From: the human T2T-CHM13v2.0 reference genome, Homo sapiens
DNA: 64,000 bases
NCBI RefSeq assembly: GCF_009914755.1
Contig: NC_060929.1
Direction: 5' to 3' (one strand)
The position numbers were made by a program, and so were the translations under genes. The notes below the pieces were generated by a model that was not told the DNA's origin, did not search any database, and saw nothing but the letters and a program-made list of their open reading frames with translations. Shown in pieces: positions 1-14,917 of the stretch. Each line of letters starts with the position of its first letter. Within the stretch, counting starts at the first letter, position 1.

Positions 1-752
1 GACAGGCAGGTACAGAGACTGTGGGGAGCACTCTTGGGCTCCGGCCCCACGGCAGCCTCTAGGAGTGGGTGTCTGCAACTCCCAAAGCCCAAGTGAGCAT
101 GTGTTACGGTGTGCTCCTTCAGCTTCTCCATCTGTGGATGGCTTGTGTTAACCAGTTCAATAGACCCTGTGCCTTATTCCAAGGGCAGAGGGCCAGTGTG
201 ACAGCTTTCTGTATCCTAAGCTCTTTCCCAGTGCACTGGAAAAACTGGGTCACCCCTGTGGCCTCAAAGATGAGTGCGAGGTTTTATTGAGTAGTGGAGG
301 TGGCTCTCAGCAAGGTGGATGGGGAATCAGAAGAGCAGGATGGAGTGGGAAGGTGGTCTTCCCCTGGAGTCAGGCTGCCCAGTGGCCAGACCCTTCTCTG
401 GCTGCCCCCAGCTGAATTCCCCTTAGCATCCAGACATCCCTCCTCTCTTCCTCTGCCACGTCATTCATCTTTCCACCGTCACTGGTCTGCCGGTCTGCTG
501 GTGTCTGCTGGTCTGTTCCTCTGCTTCTCTTGACCACGTTCAGCCACTGTGTGTGCCCATTAAGGTCTCAGGTTTCCACGGGCACAGGATCGGGGGCGTG
601 GCAGGCCAGAGTAGTCTTGGAAAATGCAACATTTGGGCATGAAAACAGGAGTGTCTGTTCTCACTTAGGTCTGTGGTACAGGCCTGAGTGTGGAGCCCTC
701 TCCAGGGACCCCCCCTTCTCTACTCAGCAACTCCCTGCCCCCTCCCATATCA
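1..752 (-). mobile_element. ERV1 LTR (LTR1/LTR27/LTR28/MER52 group), cut by window start
   Basis: Ends ...ccctgccccctcccatatca (TGATATGGGAGG LTR start on - strand); clearly homologous to 48642-49460. Confidence 0.8.
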
Positions 753-1090
753 ATACAGGCGTACAATGTGTAATATTCAAAGCAGAGAAACTGGGATATC
801 CTTCACCTTAAATGTTCATCATTTATTTGTGTAAAGAACATCACACTCTTCTAGTTATCTTGAAATATACAATAAATTGTTGTTAACTATCGTCACCCTA
901 TGGCCCTACTAAACATTAGGTGTTATTCCTTTTATCTAACTGTATTTTTGAACCCATTAACCAACTCCTCTTTATTCCTCCCATCCCCCTCCACTACACT
1001 TCTCAGCCTCTGGTAACTATCATTCCACCACTACAAAATCCATTTTTTCACTTCCACGTGTGAATGAGAATGTACAATATTTTTATTTTG
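753..1090 (-). mobile_element. Old L1 (L1MA-like) 3' UTR fragment
   Basis: tacaataaattgttgttaactat, cagcctctggtaactatcattc and gtgaatgagaatgtacaatattt resemble L1MA 3' UTR. Confidence 0.6.
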
Positions 1091-1753
1091 TCATCGCAAC
1101 TCTTTAAGACACTATAGTTTTTATTCGTTTGTATGGGACAGAGTGTCATGTTTATTAAATGGCAGACAAGTACATCTACAGGATACCAAGGTCCCAAATT
1201 ATGTTTTAAGTGTTGAAAGACAATACCGTGGGTTATATGATCGTCAGTTTCTTCTAACTTTGTGATTTATTCCAGCCTTGAGGACTGGAGTTGGGGATTG
1301 AGCAGGTCCCAAAATGAGGCTGAAAAACACAGATGGCATGAGCCGAATCACAGACTGAATTAGAGAGCCACATGACTTGGCAGTGAGCTGTCACCAGCAT
1401 CCTATATTTGAAGGCTTTATACTTTAAAAAGTTGAAAGCCCAAACCTTTAACAATATCATCATCAGTATTTATTCTGCAAAATGCTCCCCAAAACTAAAA
1501 CCTAAGAATATTCTGAAGTTACTCTGAATGGTAGTCTGAATCATGGTCATCTTAAGTCATCTTTGGCTTTTTATGATCACGATTTCCTGATTCTTGCTAA
1601 TGTTATTGTACGTAAAGCTTTCCTGGTCCTCTGTCACCGGTTTTCACAGGAGCAAATGACTACATGTTCCATGTGCCCAGAAAGCATTTATTGAAAGACG
1701 AGTAGCAAGCACTGTACCAGATAATGATAAGGAACATAGTAAAATAATTTAAC

Positions 1754-2054
1754 TTTTTTTTTTTTTTTTTTTTTGAGATGGAGTCTCGCTCTGTCACCCA
1801 GTCTAGAGTACAGTGGTGCCATCTCGGCTCACTGCGACCTCTAACTTCCGGGTTCACGCCATTCTCCTGTCTCAGCCTCCCGAGTAGCTGGGACTACAGG
1901 CACCCGCCACCACGCACGGCTAATTTTTTATATTTTTAGTAGAGACGGGTTTCACCGTGTTAGCCAGGATGGTCTCGATCTCCTGACCTCGTGATCCGCC
2001 CGCCTCGGCCTCCCAAAGTGCTGGGATTACAGGCGTGAGCCACCGCGCCCGGCC
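1754..2054 (-). mobile_element. AluY, full length
   Basis: Poly-T then Alu reverse complement with Y diagnostics (ttcacgccattc, tagccaggatggtctcgatc); TSD aataatttaac. Confidence 0.93.
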
Positions 2055-3913
2055 AATAATTTAACATTTTAAAACACACTTTACCTTGTATTATTTTGAG
2101 TAGCCTTAGAAACAGCCCTGTGAATTAGGACCCTAGATCCCTAAGATCACAGCAGCCACACGGCAGAGCCCTGAACACAGACGGAGACCTGTGCCATTGT
2201 CTCCTCAAGCCCTTAAGCGAGAAACGAAAGGTGCAGTGCCCTAGTGCCTTTACTTCAGGTGCCAGGCCCTGAGCTGAACACATTACCTATAACCACTGCA
2301 TTTAGTCCCCAGGACAAGTCCACGATTAGACGTTGCTGTCCTCATGTGCACAGTGAGGACTCAGGGGTCCTGCCTGCCCACATCTGCTTGCAAAATTCAC
2401 CCTGGAGCTGCTTATCTACCTGGGAATCCCAAACTCTACTGGACCATTGTGGCCATCTCCCAGATCACCCAACCACACAAGCAGCTTCTGCTTTCACCCT
2501 CATTCATTCAGTATGAAGGAATCTGCTTTCACACTCATTCATTCATTCCTTAGGTATGCATGCTCAGCCTCCTGAAGCAGGAGGTCTCTACGCCCCATCG
2601 GTCCAGGAGGCCTCTGTGAGCCGCCCAGGGGCTGCTCAATCTCTCTCCCTAGTCTCCCGTTCTGACCTATCATATTGCCACCCAGACATCGAGCCGGTGT
2701 GCACAGGCTGTGGTTTTAAGGGAGTTTATTTTTATCCTGGCATTCTATCAAGTTGTCATTCCTGCAAGCAAATAGAGCTGGCCAGTTGTCTGTTTGGAGA
2801 ATTACATTCAGGACCCTTGAATTCATGGGTTCCTTGGGTTCTGCATACATTTTTTTTAATCTCTAAACTCCGTTCTGGCCAAGAACAGAGGCCCCTGACA
2901 CCATATAGTAATGAACGTAATTAAAGCCTGTCTGAAAGAGAACATACCCGGGTGCTCGCAGCAGTCTTCATGGGAGCAGCCATAGGAGCATCACTGTTTG
3001 TTCCCTGCTGACAAAGACCTCAGCCAGGCAAAGCCCTGGCCATTAACACAATACACTTATCACAATGGCGAGGATCCCAGGGGACTCGAAAGATCATGAC
3101 ATTTCATTGCACAGTGATTGTAACCATATGAGATTTTAAACCACAGCGCAATATGAAAGCAATTGATATCTGAATTAAAACACTGAACGTTTACTTGTTA
3201 ACATTTCAAGCTCCAAAATCTGGTTTATTAGTGAAGGAGATATAGCCAGGGAAAATACGAAGCTGTGTCTTTAATAAGCACCTTAACTTCTAAGTATATA
3301 ATGAAATACATGCAGGAGATTTAAGAACTGGTGTTAAAACCCTTCATGAGATGACTCACACAATGCAGAAAACCTTCCTTTAACATGGTGGAAATATGGA
3401 GTGAGATCACCAGGCAGCAAAATGCCATCTTCCCAGCTGCACTACGTCGATGTGTTTCACTGCCTTGCATTTTCTTCATGACATGAATCACCCAGTAGAT
3501 GCATCCATTTAATTTCTTGGGGGAATAATGCAGCACTTGTTTAAATGTTCTGAACACTTGTGCAGACAATTTAAGAAATGTTTTCAGCATGTCCAGTTGA
3601 GTCTACCGCCAGCATTCCAGAAGGTTCCATCATTTCACAAGTCCTACTGTTTGCCCTTCATTGAGACATTCCTTTGGACTCAGTAAAAACAATTCCTTGC
3701 ACTCGGAGAGTCTTTTATAGTTTACAAATCTTTTTCATTGGGGCATCTCTTTCTGTATGCGCCAAATGGTGATTTACAGCAAATTCCTTCTTTACCCTAT
3801 GAAGACCAAGAGGCAAAGAGGGTCATGTTCACAATGGAACCTCTTGCCTGGCAAGATGCCTCACATATTTTAAGCCTTAATCACAGATTTGGGGATGGTG
3901 GATGCATGGTTAA

Positions 3914-3958
3914 ATGGATGGATGGATGGATGGATGGATGGATGGATGGATGGATGGA
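3914..3958. repeat. (GGAT)n tetranucleotide microsatellite
   Basis: About 11 perfect units. Confidence 0.95.
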
Positions 3959-4389
3959 CAAGTGAACAAGCATCCTAAACATCCTTAATTTAAAAATAAG
4001 AATTCAGACTTGGACAGATTCAGGAAGGTGGGGTTGAGAAGGATACATTATGAAATATTAAGTTTAGTTTTTTTATTTTAACTTTTTATAGTTTTCTGCA
4101 ATGTCTGAATTAAGCATATTTTACATTTTAATTTAGAAAATATAATTTTGTTAAAAAGATAATATATAAATAAAACAAATAAAGTATAAGAGATGGAATT
4201 AATTTGAACCAAGTCTAGAGCATGAGTCTCCTTACACCTTACTCTATTATATGCTATCATATTGCTAAGTAGGCATTCGCTTGTAAATTATATCTGTTGT
4301 TTTCACCTTAAATCTCTCAGTGATATTTTTATTATAGATGAATTGACAATATGATGTAATCCTAATGACCTTTTACAAAATTTCTTTAG

Positions 4390-4485
4390 GACATCTGTAA
4401 AGCCCTGTGGTGCCATCGTATTGGAAGGAAATGTGAGACTAAATTTATGCCAGCAGCAGAAGGCACAATTTGTGGGCATGACATG
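4390..4485 (+). CDS. ADAMTS16: ADAMTS16 internal exon (probably exon 11), disintegrin-like domain; 96 nt, phase 0-0
   Basis: tttctttag|GAC...ATG|gtaag; translates DICKALWCHRIGRKCETKFMPAAEGTICGHDM and joins the next exon as ...GHDM-WCRGGQC, typical of the ADAMTS disintegrin-like domain. Exon number is from recall. Confidence 0.96.
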
Positions 4486-4927
4486 GTAAGAAGCTAACTG
4501 TAGGTACAGCATCGTATTCAGATGCTAGTCTTTCAACCCATGCATCTTTGCTCCTCTTGCGTAGGTATTTTTAAAACATGTATTTCTCATATACATATGC
4601 ATACCCATGCTCCTATCAAACACTGTGTTTATTTTATATTGATAATGTGAAGAGGAATCCTTTTCTCACTTTTGTGAAAATAAAATTGATGAGCTACCTG
4701 GAATTCATAGACATAGAAATCAGACAACAGGTGATGACAGATTCAGTCTATTGAGGGGAAACATTAAGCCATTGACCACCATTTATCATGGAAAGGACCA
4801 GCATTAAACAGTGCTGTGAAAGCCACAGAACATCGGTTTGAAGACCCTGGAGCACATCATTTTCACCTATTGTTGCCTCTGTGAGAAGAGAGAGAGCTAT
4901 GGTAGAGAAAAGAAGAAGTATACAAGA

Positions 4928-5253
4928 TGTTGCAGCAATGTGGACGTAGTTGGAGGCCATTCATTATCCTAGGCAAACTAATGCAGGAACAGAAAACCAA
5001 ATACTGCATGTTGTTACTTATAAGCAGGAGCTAAACACTGAGTACACATGGACACAAAGATGGGAACCATAGACCCCGGGGACTACTTAAGGGGGGATGG
5101 TGGGAGGGGGCAAGGGTTGAAACACTATCCCATATTGTGCTTGCTGCATGGGTGATGAGGTTATTCGAATGCCAAACTTTAGTGACACGTAATCTACCCA
5201 TGTAACAAATCTGCACATGTACCCCTGAACCTAAAATAAAAGTCGGAAAAAAA
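4928..5253 (+). mobile_element. 5'-truncated L1 (L1PB/old L1PA-like) 3' end
   Basis: ggaacagaaaaccaaatactgcatgtt...aaatctgcacatgtacccctgaacctaaaataaaag; flanked by imperfect TSD gaa(g/a)tatacaagat. Confidence 0.85.
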
Positions 5254-5879
5254 AGAAATATACAAGATAACAAGTTTATTACTAAATGGCAAAGAATGAC
5301 AATTTCATTATTAAAACTTTAAAAAATTATAATACTCCATACTAATATTTTAATTCTTTTGATTTAACTTATAATTACATTTTTTAAATATAAAAGACTA
5401 TTAATAAAGACAGATCCTGGACCCACATTATCACTATAACTATTTTTGCTTTTTATGTATCTGAGTTTTTAGTGGCATTAGTGAATATGAAATGATATTT
5501 AGGCATTGATCTAGTATGGTGTTTGAACATGCCTAAATATCATTGTTCTCTTATGTTTAAATACCAAAGAAAATATATCACATCTTATACATATTCGAAT
5601 GTGACTACAGACAGAAAGGTTTTAAAATGTTAACAACAATGCTAACACACGTTTTCAGGTTAAATTATTGCAGTGCCAACTGAAGAAATGAACAGAAATA
5701 AGATAAACTTATTGAGAATAGCCCCCAGCCACCATTCATTCTGGACACATTGCTAATATGCTTTTTTTTTCAGTTCCTCGAAGGGCGTGAAATTGATCAT
5801 TGAATTCTTCTAATTCATTGAATTCTACTAGTGATCCAGTGATCCAGTTGATTTAATCCATAATATGTAATGGTAATAG

Positions 5880-6189
<310 letters not shown>

Positions 6190-6920
6190 AACTGCTTTCA
6201 GTTTCTTGAAAGAAAATGAGTATAATGAGATATGGCATGGAAATTCTAATTGTCAAAGGACATCAGGTAATTTACTTGAGTGTTAAGCTGCAGATAATCA
6301 TGACTTTTCTGCTGTCATTGATTAAAATGGATTATTCAGGTGATCATTTGCAAAATTATGCCTGTTTCTTAAAAGACCAACAGCCTTTCTGATGTTGCCT
6401 TTGAGCTATTGCCTGCATGAAACACAAGGTGGTCCTCCAGGCATCCTGCTTTCTGTGTGGTCAGGTGCTACTTTTCCCTGGGTAATGTAGTTGTGATGCT
6501 TTTTCACAATAACCTGTACATTCTGGTTACATTTTATTTATCTCAAAGGCACCATTAAATTGATTTCCATTGATATTTGACATTATTTTCCCTTGTATTT
6601 CAAATATAGCTTTTTCCTTTGTACCAAAAAAAAACAAAAAGGCTATGCTGAGATAGAGTAGGTTCCTAAAAATTACACAGCTGAACCATGGTCCAAAGCA
6701 ATAAAGTTCTGTCCAGGGTCACCTGGCTGTTCAGTGGCCAGTGTGGGACTCTGTAAGCCAAAGCAAATAACTGAGGCAAATCTCAATGAATGTAGAGGTT
6801 TACCTTTCCAAAGTTGGGGATGTGCTCTGGGAGGGGGCGGGACAAAAATCACAGGAGGACCTGTGATCCCTGCTCTTTCCAAAGAGGACTTTAATGACTT
6901 CAGTATATAAAGAGGAAAGA

Positions 6921-7214
6921 GACCGGGCGCAGTGGCTCACGACTGTAATCTCAGCACTTTGGAAAGCTGAGGTGGGCAGATCACGACGAGGTCAAGAGAT
7001 CGAGACCATCCTGGCCAACACGGTGAAACCCTGTCTCTACTAAAGATACAAAACTTAGCTGGGCGTTGTGGCGCATGCCTGTAGTCCCAGCTGCTCGGGA
7101 GGCTGAGGCAGGAGAATAACTTGAACCCGGAGACGGAGGTTGCAGTGAGCTGAGATCATGCCACTGCAATCCAGCCTGGGCAACAGAAGGAGACTTGGTT
7201 TCAAAAAAAAAAAA
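6921..7214 (+). mobile_element. AluSc-like
   Basis: gaggtcaagagatcgagaccatcctggccaac; poly-A tail; TSD resembling aaaggaaaga. Confidence 0.9.
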
Positions 7215-7460
7215 GGAAAGAGGAGCAAAGGAAGCAGGAAAGAAGAAAGAGGGGAGAGTAGACAAATAAGGCCAGCAGTTGCATTCTTTGGAAGCTTCAG
7301 TCAACACTCACTGAATCCACATTTTACATGTGAGTGGAGGATTGAAGATTCGTGAGTATAAAGAAAACATAGAGTAGAGGAAGCAGGCAAATATGCATTT
7401 GCCTGGGGTGAGTGGAGAGATGAATTTTAGTCTTGTCTTTGCCCTGTATCTGTGAAGATA

Positions 7461-7551
7461 ATTAATTCACATGGTCATGGTGAAATTAATTCATTAATTC
7501 ACATGGTCATGGTGAAATTAATTCATTAATTCACATGGTCATGGCGAAATT
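7461..7551. repeat. 32-bp tandem repeat, about 2.8 copies, inside the LTR
   Basis: attaattcacatggtcatggtgaaattaattc starts at 7461, 7493 and 7525. Confidence 0.95.
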
Positions 7552-7777
7552 CAACAGAGCTCTGTTTTAGGGTAAAGATTTGGGGGCCCACAAAGAACTT
7601 CCTTGTGAGTAATTTGTGAGGGAGTCCACCCATGGAGACACGTGGCCTTCCATCTTCGCATCTCTCTATTTAGAATCAAAATGGGAGGCGGTTTTTGCAC
7701 GACTCAGTTCTCAAGCTTAACTTTTCCTTTTGGTATAGTGAGTGTGAAGGTCCAAGATTTTATTTTCCTTTCATACG

Positions 7778-8136
7778 TTGTATTTTCTCAGGCTGCTGAC
7801 AAAGATATACCTGAGGCTGGATAATTTATAAAGGAAAGAGGTTTATGGACTCACAGTTCTACATGACTGGGGAGGCCTCGCAATCATGGTGGAAGGCAAA
7901 GGAGAAGCAAAGTCATACCTTACATGGTGGCAGGCAAGAGGGAGCTTGTGTAGGGGAACTCTCATGTATAAAACTATCAGATCCCATGAGACTTATTCAC
8001 TGTCATGAGAACAGCATGGGAAAGACCCGCCCCCATGATTCAATTACCTCCTACCAGGTCCCTCCCGTGACACATGGGAACTGTGGGAGCTACATTTCAG
8101 ATGAAATTTGGGTAGGGACACAGCCAAACCATATAA
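7778..8136 (-). mobile_element. THE1 (MaLR) solo LTR
   Basis: ataatttataaaggaaagaggttta...cccatgattcaattacctcc...gggacacagccaaaccatat. Confidence 0.88.
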
Positions 8137-9101
8137 GACATCCAAGTCTCACGTAAACAGTCCCTTTTGATATTAGTTGTGTGTCTGTGTGTCGTTGGTT
8201 TGCATGTACCCCTGAGGTTTATCAGTTTAGATGTGTGTGTGGCCAGCGGTCAGTATCCCACTGTTGTTCTTCTTGATGGCACCTCGTCTCCTCTCTCTGC
8301 TACTGAGGGTGCTGCTGAGGCTCCACAGTGGTTGCATAAGGTGGTAACATAGACTGATATTTATTTCATTTTTAATGCCAAATTCTAAGCTTAGTACATT
8401 TCATCCTCAAAACAGCCCTACAGGTGAGCCTAGTGCAGTCCCCATTGGACATTCCAGAGTTCTTCTGGGAAAGAGACCCTGGGTTCCTCTGTGGTCACCC
8501 CAGGAGAAATCCAGGGCAAGGGGTGGGGACCACAGCTGAAATGCGTATCTGATGGATTCTAGCTCTTCGGTCACTGGGGACCTCTCTTGTGAAATCAAAC
8601 CAGCTGTCACTGTGTGATTCTATCAGGTCCAGTGCTAGGCACTTGGCCTAGTCCTTACATTGAACCCTCCCTCTGAACTCATTCTGGTAGTTTCTATCAT
8701 CGCTAATTTCAGAAGAGGACACCGGGCTCAGAGCACATGGGTGCCTTCCCCAGGTCACGCAGCTCGCAGAGCAGATCTATGATGCCCATTTGATGACTCA
8801 GTGCTTTTTTTCCTGCTTTAATACACTGCTCCCCTGCATCTACTGCGTTTAGGTGTGACGTGCTTATTTTGTGAACAGTAATCGCCACAGGCGTAGGGAC
8901 TGTGTTGCGGCATCTTACTCTCTAAGATAAAGCCTTTTTCATAAGTCATCGTATCTGTCAATAAAATACAAAACTGTGATAAAGTCAGTCCTAAGAAACC
9001 TAATTGGTATTTCCGTGGAAATCTATATATATATTTAACACAGCATTCTTAATTTTGACCTGATGGCTCCACCGGTCTGTTGTGTGCCTAAAATTAGATC
9101 T

Positions 9102-9106
<5 letters not shown>

Positions 9107-9145
<39 letters not shown>
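9107..9145. repeat. (TG)n microsatellite
   Basis: About 19 units. Confidence 0.97.
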
Positions 9146-9146
<1 letters not shown>

Positions 9147-10267
9147 TCTACATGCACTTATATTTCCCCCAACCTCCTTAGCAGAAGATACAGTGCTTTC
9201 TCATCAGATTCTCAAAATTTTTTTGTTTTAATACTTTTTAAAAGTAGGAAAATCATTTAAGGATACTCTAACAGAAATAACAAAAGATGTAAAAACCAAA
9301 GTTACTTTTGCACTGTCTTAATAAATGCATCTTTTGGTGTTTCCTTTGCCATTACTTTTGATTGCAAAAACTGCAATTGCTTTTGCATCAGCCTAATACA
9401 AGGAATTGCAACAGTCATTATCACAGCAAAAGACTGGAAATAATGCAAATGTCCATCAGTAGAGGACTGGTTGGATAAACACCCCATGGAATATTATGTA
9501 TCTGTAAAAATGCGATGAGGGACATGTCTATATACTTCTGTGGAATGATGAACAGAACATATTGTTAAGTGGAAACGTAGGATGGAAAAAATTCTGTGTA
9601 ATATGCTGTCATTTATCAAAGAAAAGGAAATACTAATCAATAGCTATTTGCTTACATTAAAAAGGATAAACCCTAAATGCTGAAAAAGCTTGTAAATATT
9701 TTAGATAACTTAAAATGCTGTTAAATAATCCCTAAACATCAAAGGCAGAATGAAACATTTTGAATGTATCAAGTTGTTAGCTTAACCAGAATCCTAACAG
9801 AAGAATTATTTCAAGAGACTTTAAACTCCAGTATTAGACTGTACATTCCAAGTGGGATAGATTCAGTGGAGAAAAAAGATGCTACAAATAATTTTAAACT
9901 GTTTTCAGTAATCACGTTATTATTGATGGATTTATTTTGCTAGGATAAAGGAAGTACTAACTGTGCTTATATTGTTAAGAACCAAGATTTTTAATATATA
10001 AAAGAGATACAAATATAAAATCAAAGAAGCTAAGTAACATTTATAGTCCTAAATTTAAAATTAATACATTTCTAAGAACTAATGAAGTATTTTTTCTTTA
10101 AAATTAAAATTTTTAAAGATACACTCACACAAAAGCTCTATTTACCAACTCAGTAACAATAACCACCCTTCAAACAGATTAAGAGGCTGTAGCCTCTTAA
10201 TCTAGTTTTCTCAATAAAAGGAGCCAGAACTTTTTGTATAAATGGATGATTCCAGGCCTATAACAAG

Positions 10268-11168
<901 letters not shown>

Positions 11169-13964
11169 CAAGGAATGTACAAGATGAGCCTCGGATACCT
11201 TGCTGAGTCAGAAAGCTAGAAGCCTGCCAAAGATTCCTGGCTCCTGTCAAGAGGAAACTCAAGCAACATTTCCAAAAGAAACATATGACATTAGCATATT
11301 TTTCTTTATCATTTAGAGAAAAGCATCGTGGTTTTCCTGTACGATCTCAAACTCAGGGTACTGAGATATTTGGTGAAGGTTGTTTTTTCTTAAAAGAAGT
11401 AATCCAGCCAGTCATGAAAAAGAAAAAAGAATTAGAATATCATTAGCCTTGCAACACTCAAAGATGTAAAGGATCTGGGAAATGATTGTTAATGGCTGCT
11501 AAAAGTATTAGGTGGGAAGCTGATGGGGACCTTTGCAAGTCAGCCTATATTCCCTGAACACTGAAGCATCCTAACACCAATGCTCTGGGCCTCACCAGGC
11601 ATTCTGTGTGCATATACATGAAGCCATCAATGGTGCAATCTTGCCAAAAATCCAACTCTGAACCTAACCAATGCCTTAGATCCAATTGCCTGATTATAGC
11701 AGATCTAGAGAACCCAGGGGACGTGTTCAATGGCACCACAGAGATGGAGCTGGCAAGATCCAGAATATGGGAAACTCCCAACAAACAGATCCATTATTTT
11801 ATCACGTGAATTCAGGAAAAACAGAACGTCAAGGGAGAGTTTGAATGTGGAGAGAGACATGAGAAGCATGTCAGCTGAATGCAATAAACGAACCGTGTTT
11901 TGATTGTGATTCTATGTTAACTGAGAGAAAATAAAATACCAAACTGGAATTTTGAATACTCACTAGACATTTGATGATATTAAGGAATGATTGTAGGTTT
12001 CTAGGTATGATAATGGTGTTGTGGTTATGTTTTTTAAAGTTCTTAATTTGGAGAACCCTTAGTGAAAGAGCTTCGAAGAAATGATTTCAAGTCTGGGAGT
12101 CAGTGTTGGGAGAGAGAAAGTGGACAAGCATTTATGTGAAATGAGACTGGACGTGAGTTATTAAATGTTGAGGCAGGACTGCAGGTTTCAAGGGCTCCTG
12201 TACTATTTCCTCTACTTGTGTATATCTTTAAATCTTTCATTAAAAAATAAGCTTTTTACAAAAACAAAACAGTGAAAGCTATTACCATGTCAATACGCCT
12301 TTCTGAGTCTATGAACTTTGCCAGGTAACAACAGCAAATCAACAACGATGTTATGATGCACATTGAGTTTGCTCACAGATTCCTGGTAAAAACAGTGCTT
12401 CTTTGATAAACATCCTTGCTTTTGAGACAGCGCTCCTGTCTTCCACTAACCTGACCTCATTCTGGGGCTTCGAATCCTGTTCTTCATCTTCAAACCAAGA
12501 GAGATTTTCCCAGAAATATTTTCAGTTATTCAACCTGTTGAAATTCCATTTTTATGTTTCATGTCTCCTGCATTAGAAAGCTATGACCAGATGGTTTTTA
12601 AAAAGGGGGGAAAAGAAAACGACAACAACTAGCACACACCTGGCATCTCCTTCCTCTCTGACAACCGGTGCAACCTCACTCCTGTCCCCACACCTGTAGG
12701 ATGCTGTCCAAGAGCAGGAGCCTATTCCAGGCAATGGGCTTCTCCTTGAGCCTGAGACAGTGGACTTTGTTCTACACCGGGTGGGAGGGCAGGCAGGGAT
12801 GGAAGAGACGATGTTGTTTTGCTTAAAGAAAAGAAATGAATGGATGAGGCTTTACTCTTCAGAATTTCTTGTTTTTAAATGGAATTGTTCTTACTTAAAT
12901 AGCATTAAATGGGGCCATTTGAACTGCCATAGTATGTGCCAACACTGGTCAGATATCAGTAGTTTGATATGTGTTACCCTAATACCTCAACTAATAATAG
13001 AAGTATTACTTTCCTCCTATGAAAGTAGCCTTTTTTTTTTTCTGTCAGTACAAATCTAGTGGCTCTAATCTTGGAGATAAAAAGGGACTTGACTTCAGGT
13101 CTCCCCAGCCCACAGACCAAGCTCTTCTCACTCCACTGGGGCCAGGACAAGAGACAAACATCTTCCTTCTTCCTCGCAACAGACAGTCTGGACAGTCTGG
13201 ACCTTTAAAATCTTAGAAGTTCACACCAAACCACCCAGGGAACCACCGCTGTTGGACACGGTGTTAAATAGTGCATAGCACTGATGTGTGGTGCAGTGAA
13301 TTTGCCATGCGGAATTTAGCATGAATTAAAATGAATGAGCACTTGTCTGGAGAAAGGGGAAGAGATAGCATCTCCAGCCTTCGTGGGGACAGATGAAATT
13401 CCACATGGATTGCTTCATCACCCTGGAAGCTGCGTGACCTCTAACATGGCATCAGTTAATCGTCCCAAGGCTCCGAGCCCAGGTGCTTTGGGGGGAAAGC
13501 ACAGACTATGGGCCTGAAATGACAAGGTGTTGAGCCATGTGGAGCCTCCAGCTGTGCTTTCCTACCTGAGACTCTCTCTGTTCTGAACATGAGATGTGAA
13601 AAGCACCTTGTTTTCAGGACAGGTCAGAGTTCACCGACTTGGGAGTTGAACAGCCAGACTAAGTATTCAGATAACACTCCTTCATTAAAAGTGTCAAGTT
13701 TCCGGGAGATCAGACATTTGAAAATGATTTTTCTATTCATTTTCCCTGTATGTGAATTTATAGGAGGATGCTAGGTTGGGTAAGGAAAAAAAAAACAACA
13801 TTGAATGTACTGTATTTATATTAGGTGCTGCTTGAGTGTAGGGGGAGGCTAATGTCTGCATAGTTTACAAAATTCCCCACTGCTCAGCCTTATAGCAGTG
13901 ATGAGATGAACCCATCTATCCATCTGTGTGAGTCAAGTCAACTTATTTATGTTGAAAATTTTAG

Positions 13965-14113
13965 TGGTGCCGGGGAGGACAGTGTGTGAAATATGGTGAT
14001 GAAGGCCCCAAGCCCACCCATGGCCACTGGTCGGACTGGTCTTCTTGGTCCCCATGCTCCAGGACCTGCGGAGGGGGAGTATCTCATAGGAGTCGCCTCT
14101 GCACCAACCCCAA
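13965..14113 (+). CDS. ADAMTS16: ADAMTS16 exon (probably 12), start of central TSR1; 149 nt, phase 0-2
   Basis: ttttag|TGG...CAA|gtaagt; [49 protein letters not shown](K), with the WxxWxxWxxC and [11 protein letters not shown] motifs. Confidence 0.97.
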
Positions 14114-14128
14114 GTAAGTATGCCTTGA

Positions 14129-14547
<419 letters not shown>

Positions 14548-14917
14548 TGAATAGGAAAGGTATTTCACTCAAGCATTTCTTAATTACCTCTCTGTGCTAT
14601 AACTTAAGATGCTTATAACTACCTGACCACAGCAAAAAAAATAACAGCAGCAACAGTGATATTCAGGAATTGAATTTTAACCACATTTACTTGACATACC
14701 AAGGATCTGCTTAAAACAAATAAATAAATCATAAGAAAAGTGTATAGAATACAAATAAATAAGATCAGTAAGAACAATGGTTTTACGTGGAAAAAAGCAA
14801 ATTTGGGGGTTTTCCATCAAATATATTTACCTTCACAACAGGAGGTTTAACTGCCAGCTTCTGTAAGAAGTAAGAATGAATGTGAGAAGCATCACCAGTG
14901 TGCGGAAGTGAAGAGGC

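Larger units (their letters stand above)
6748..7774 (-). mobile_element. MER4-family ERV1 LTR, interrupted by an Alu
   Basis: Ends gattttattttcctttcata (MER4-type TGTGAAAGGAAAATAAA start on - strand); homologous to 34690-35195 and 41004-41458. Confidence 0.7.
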
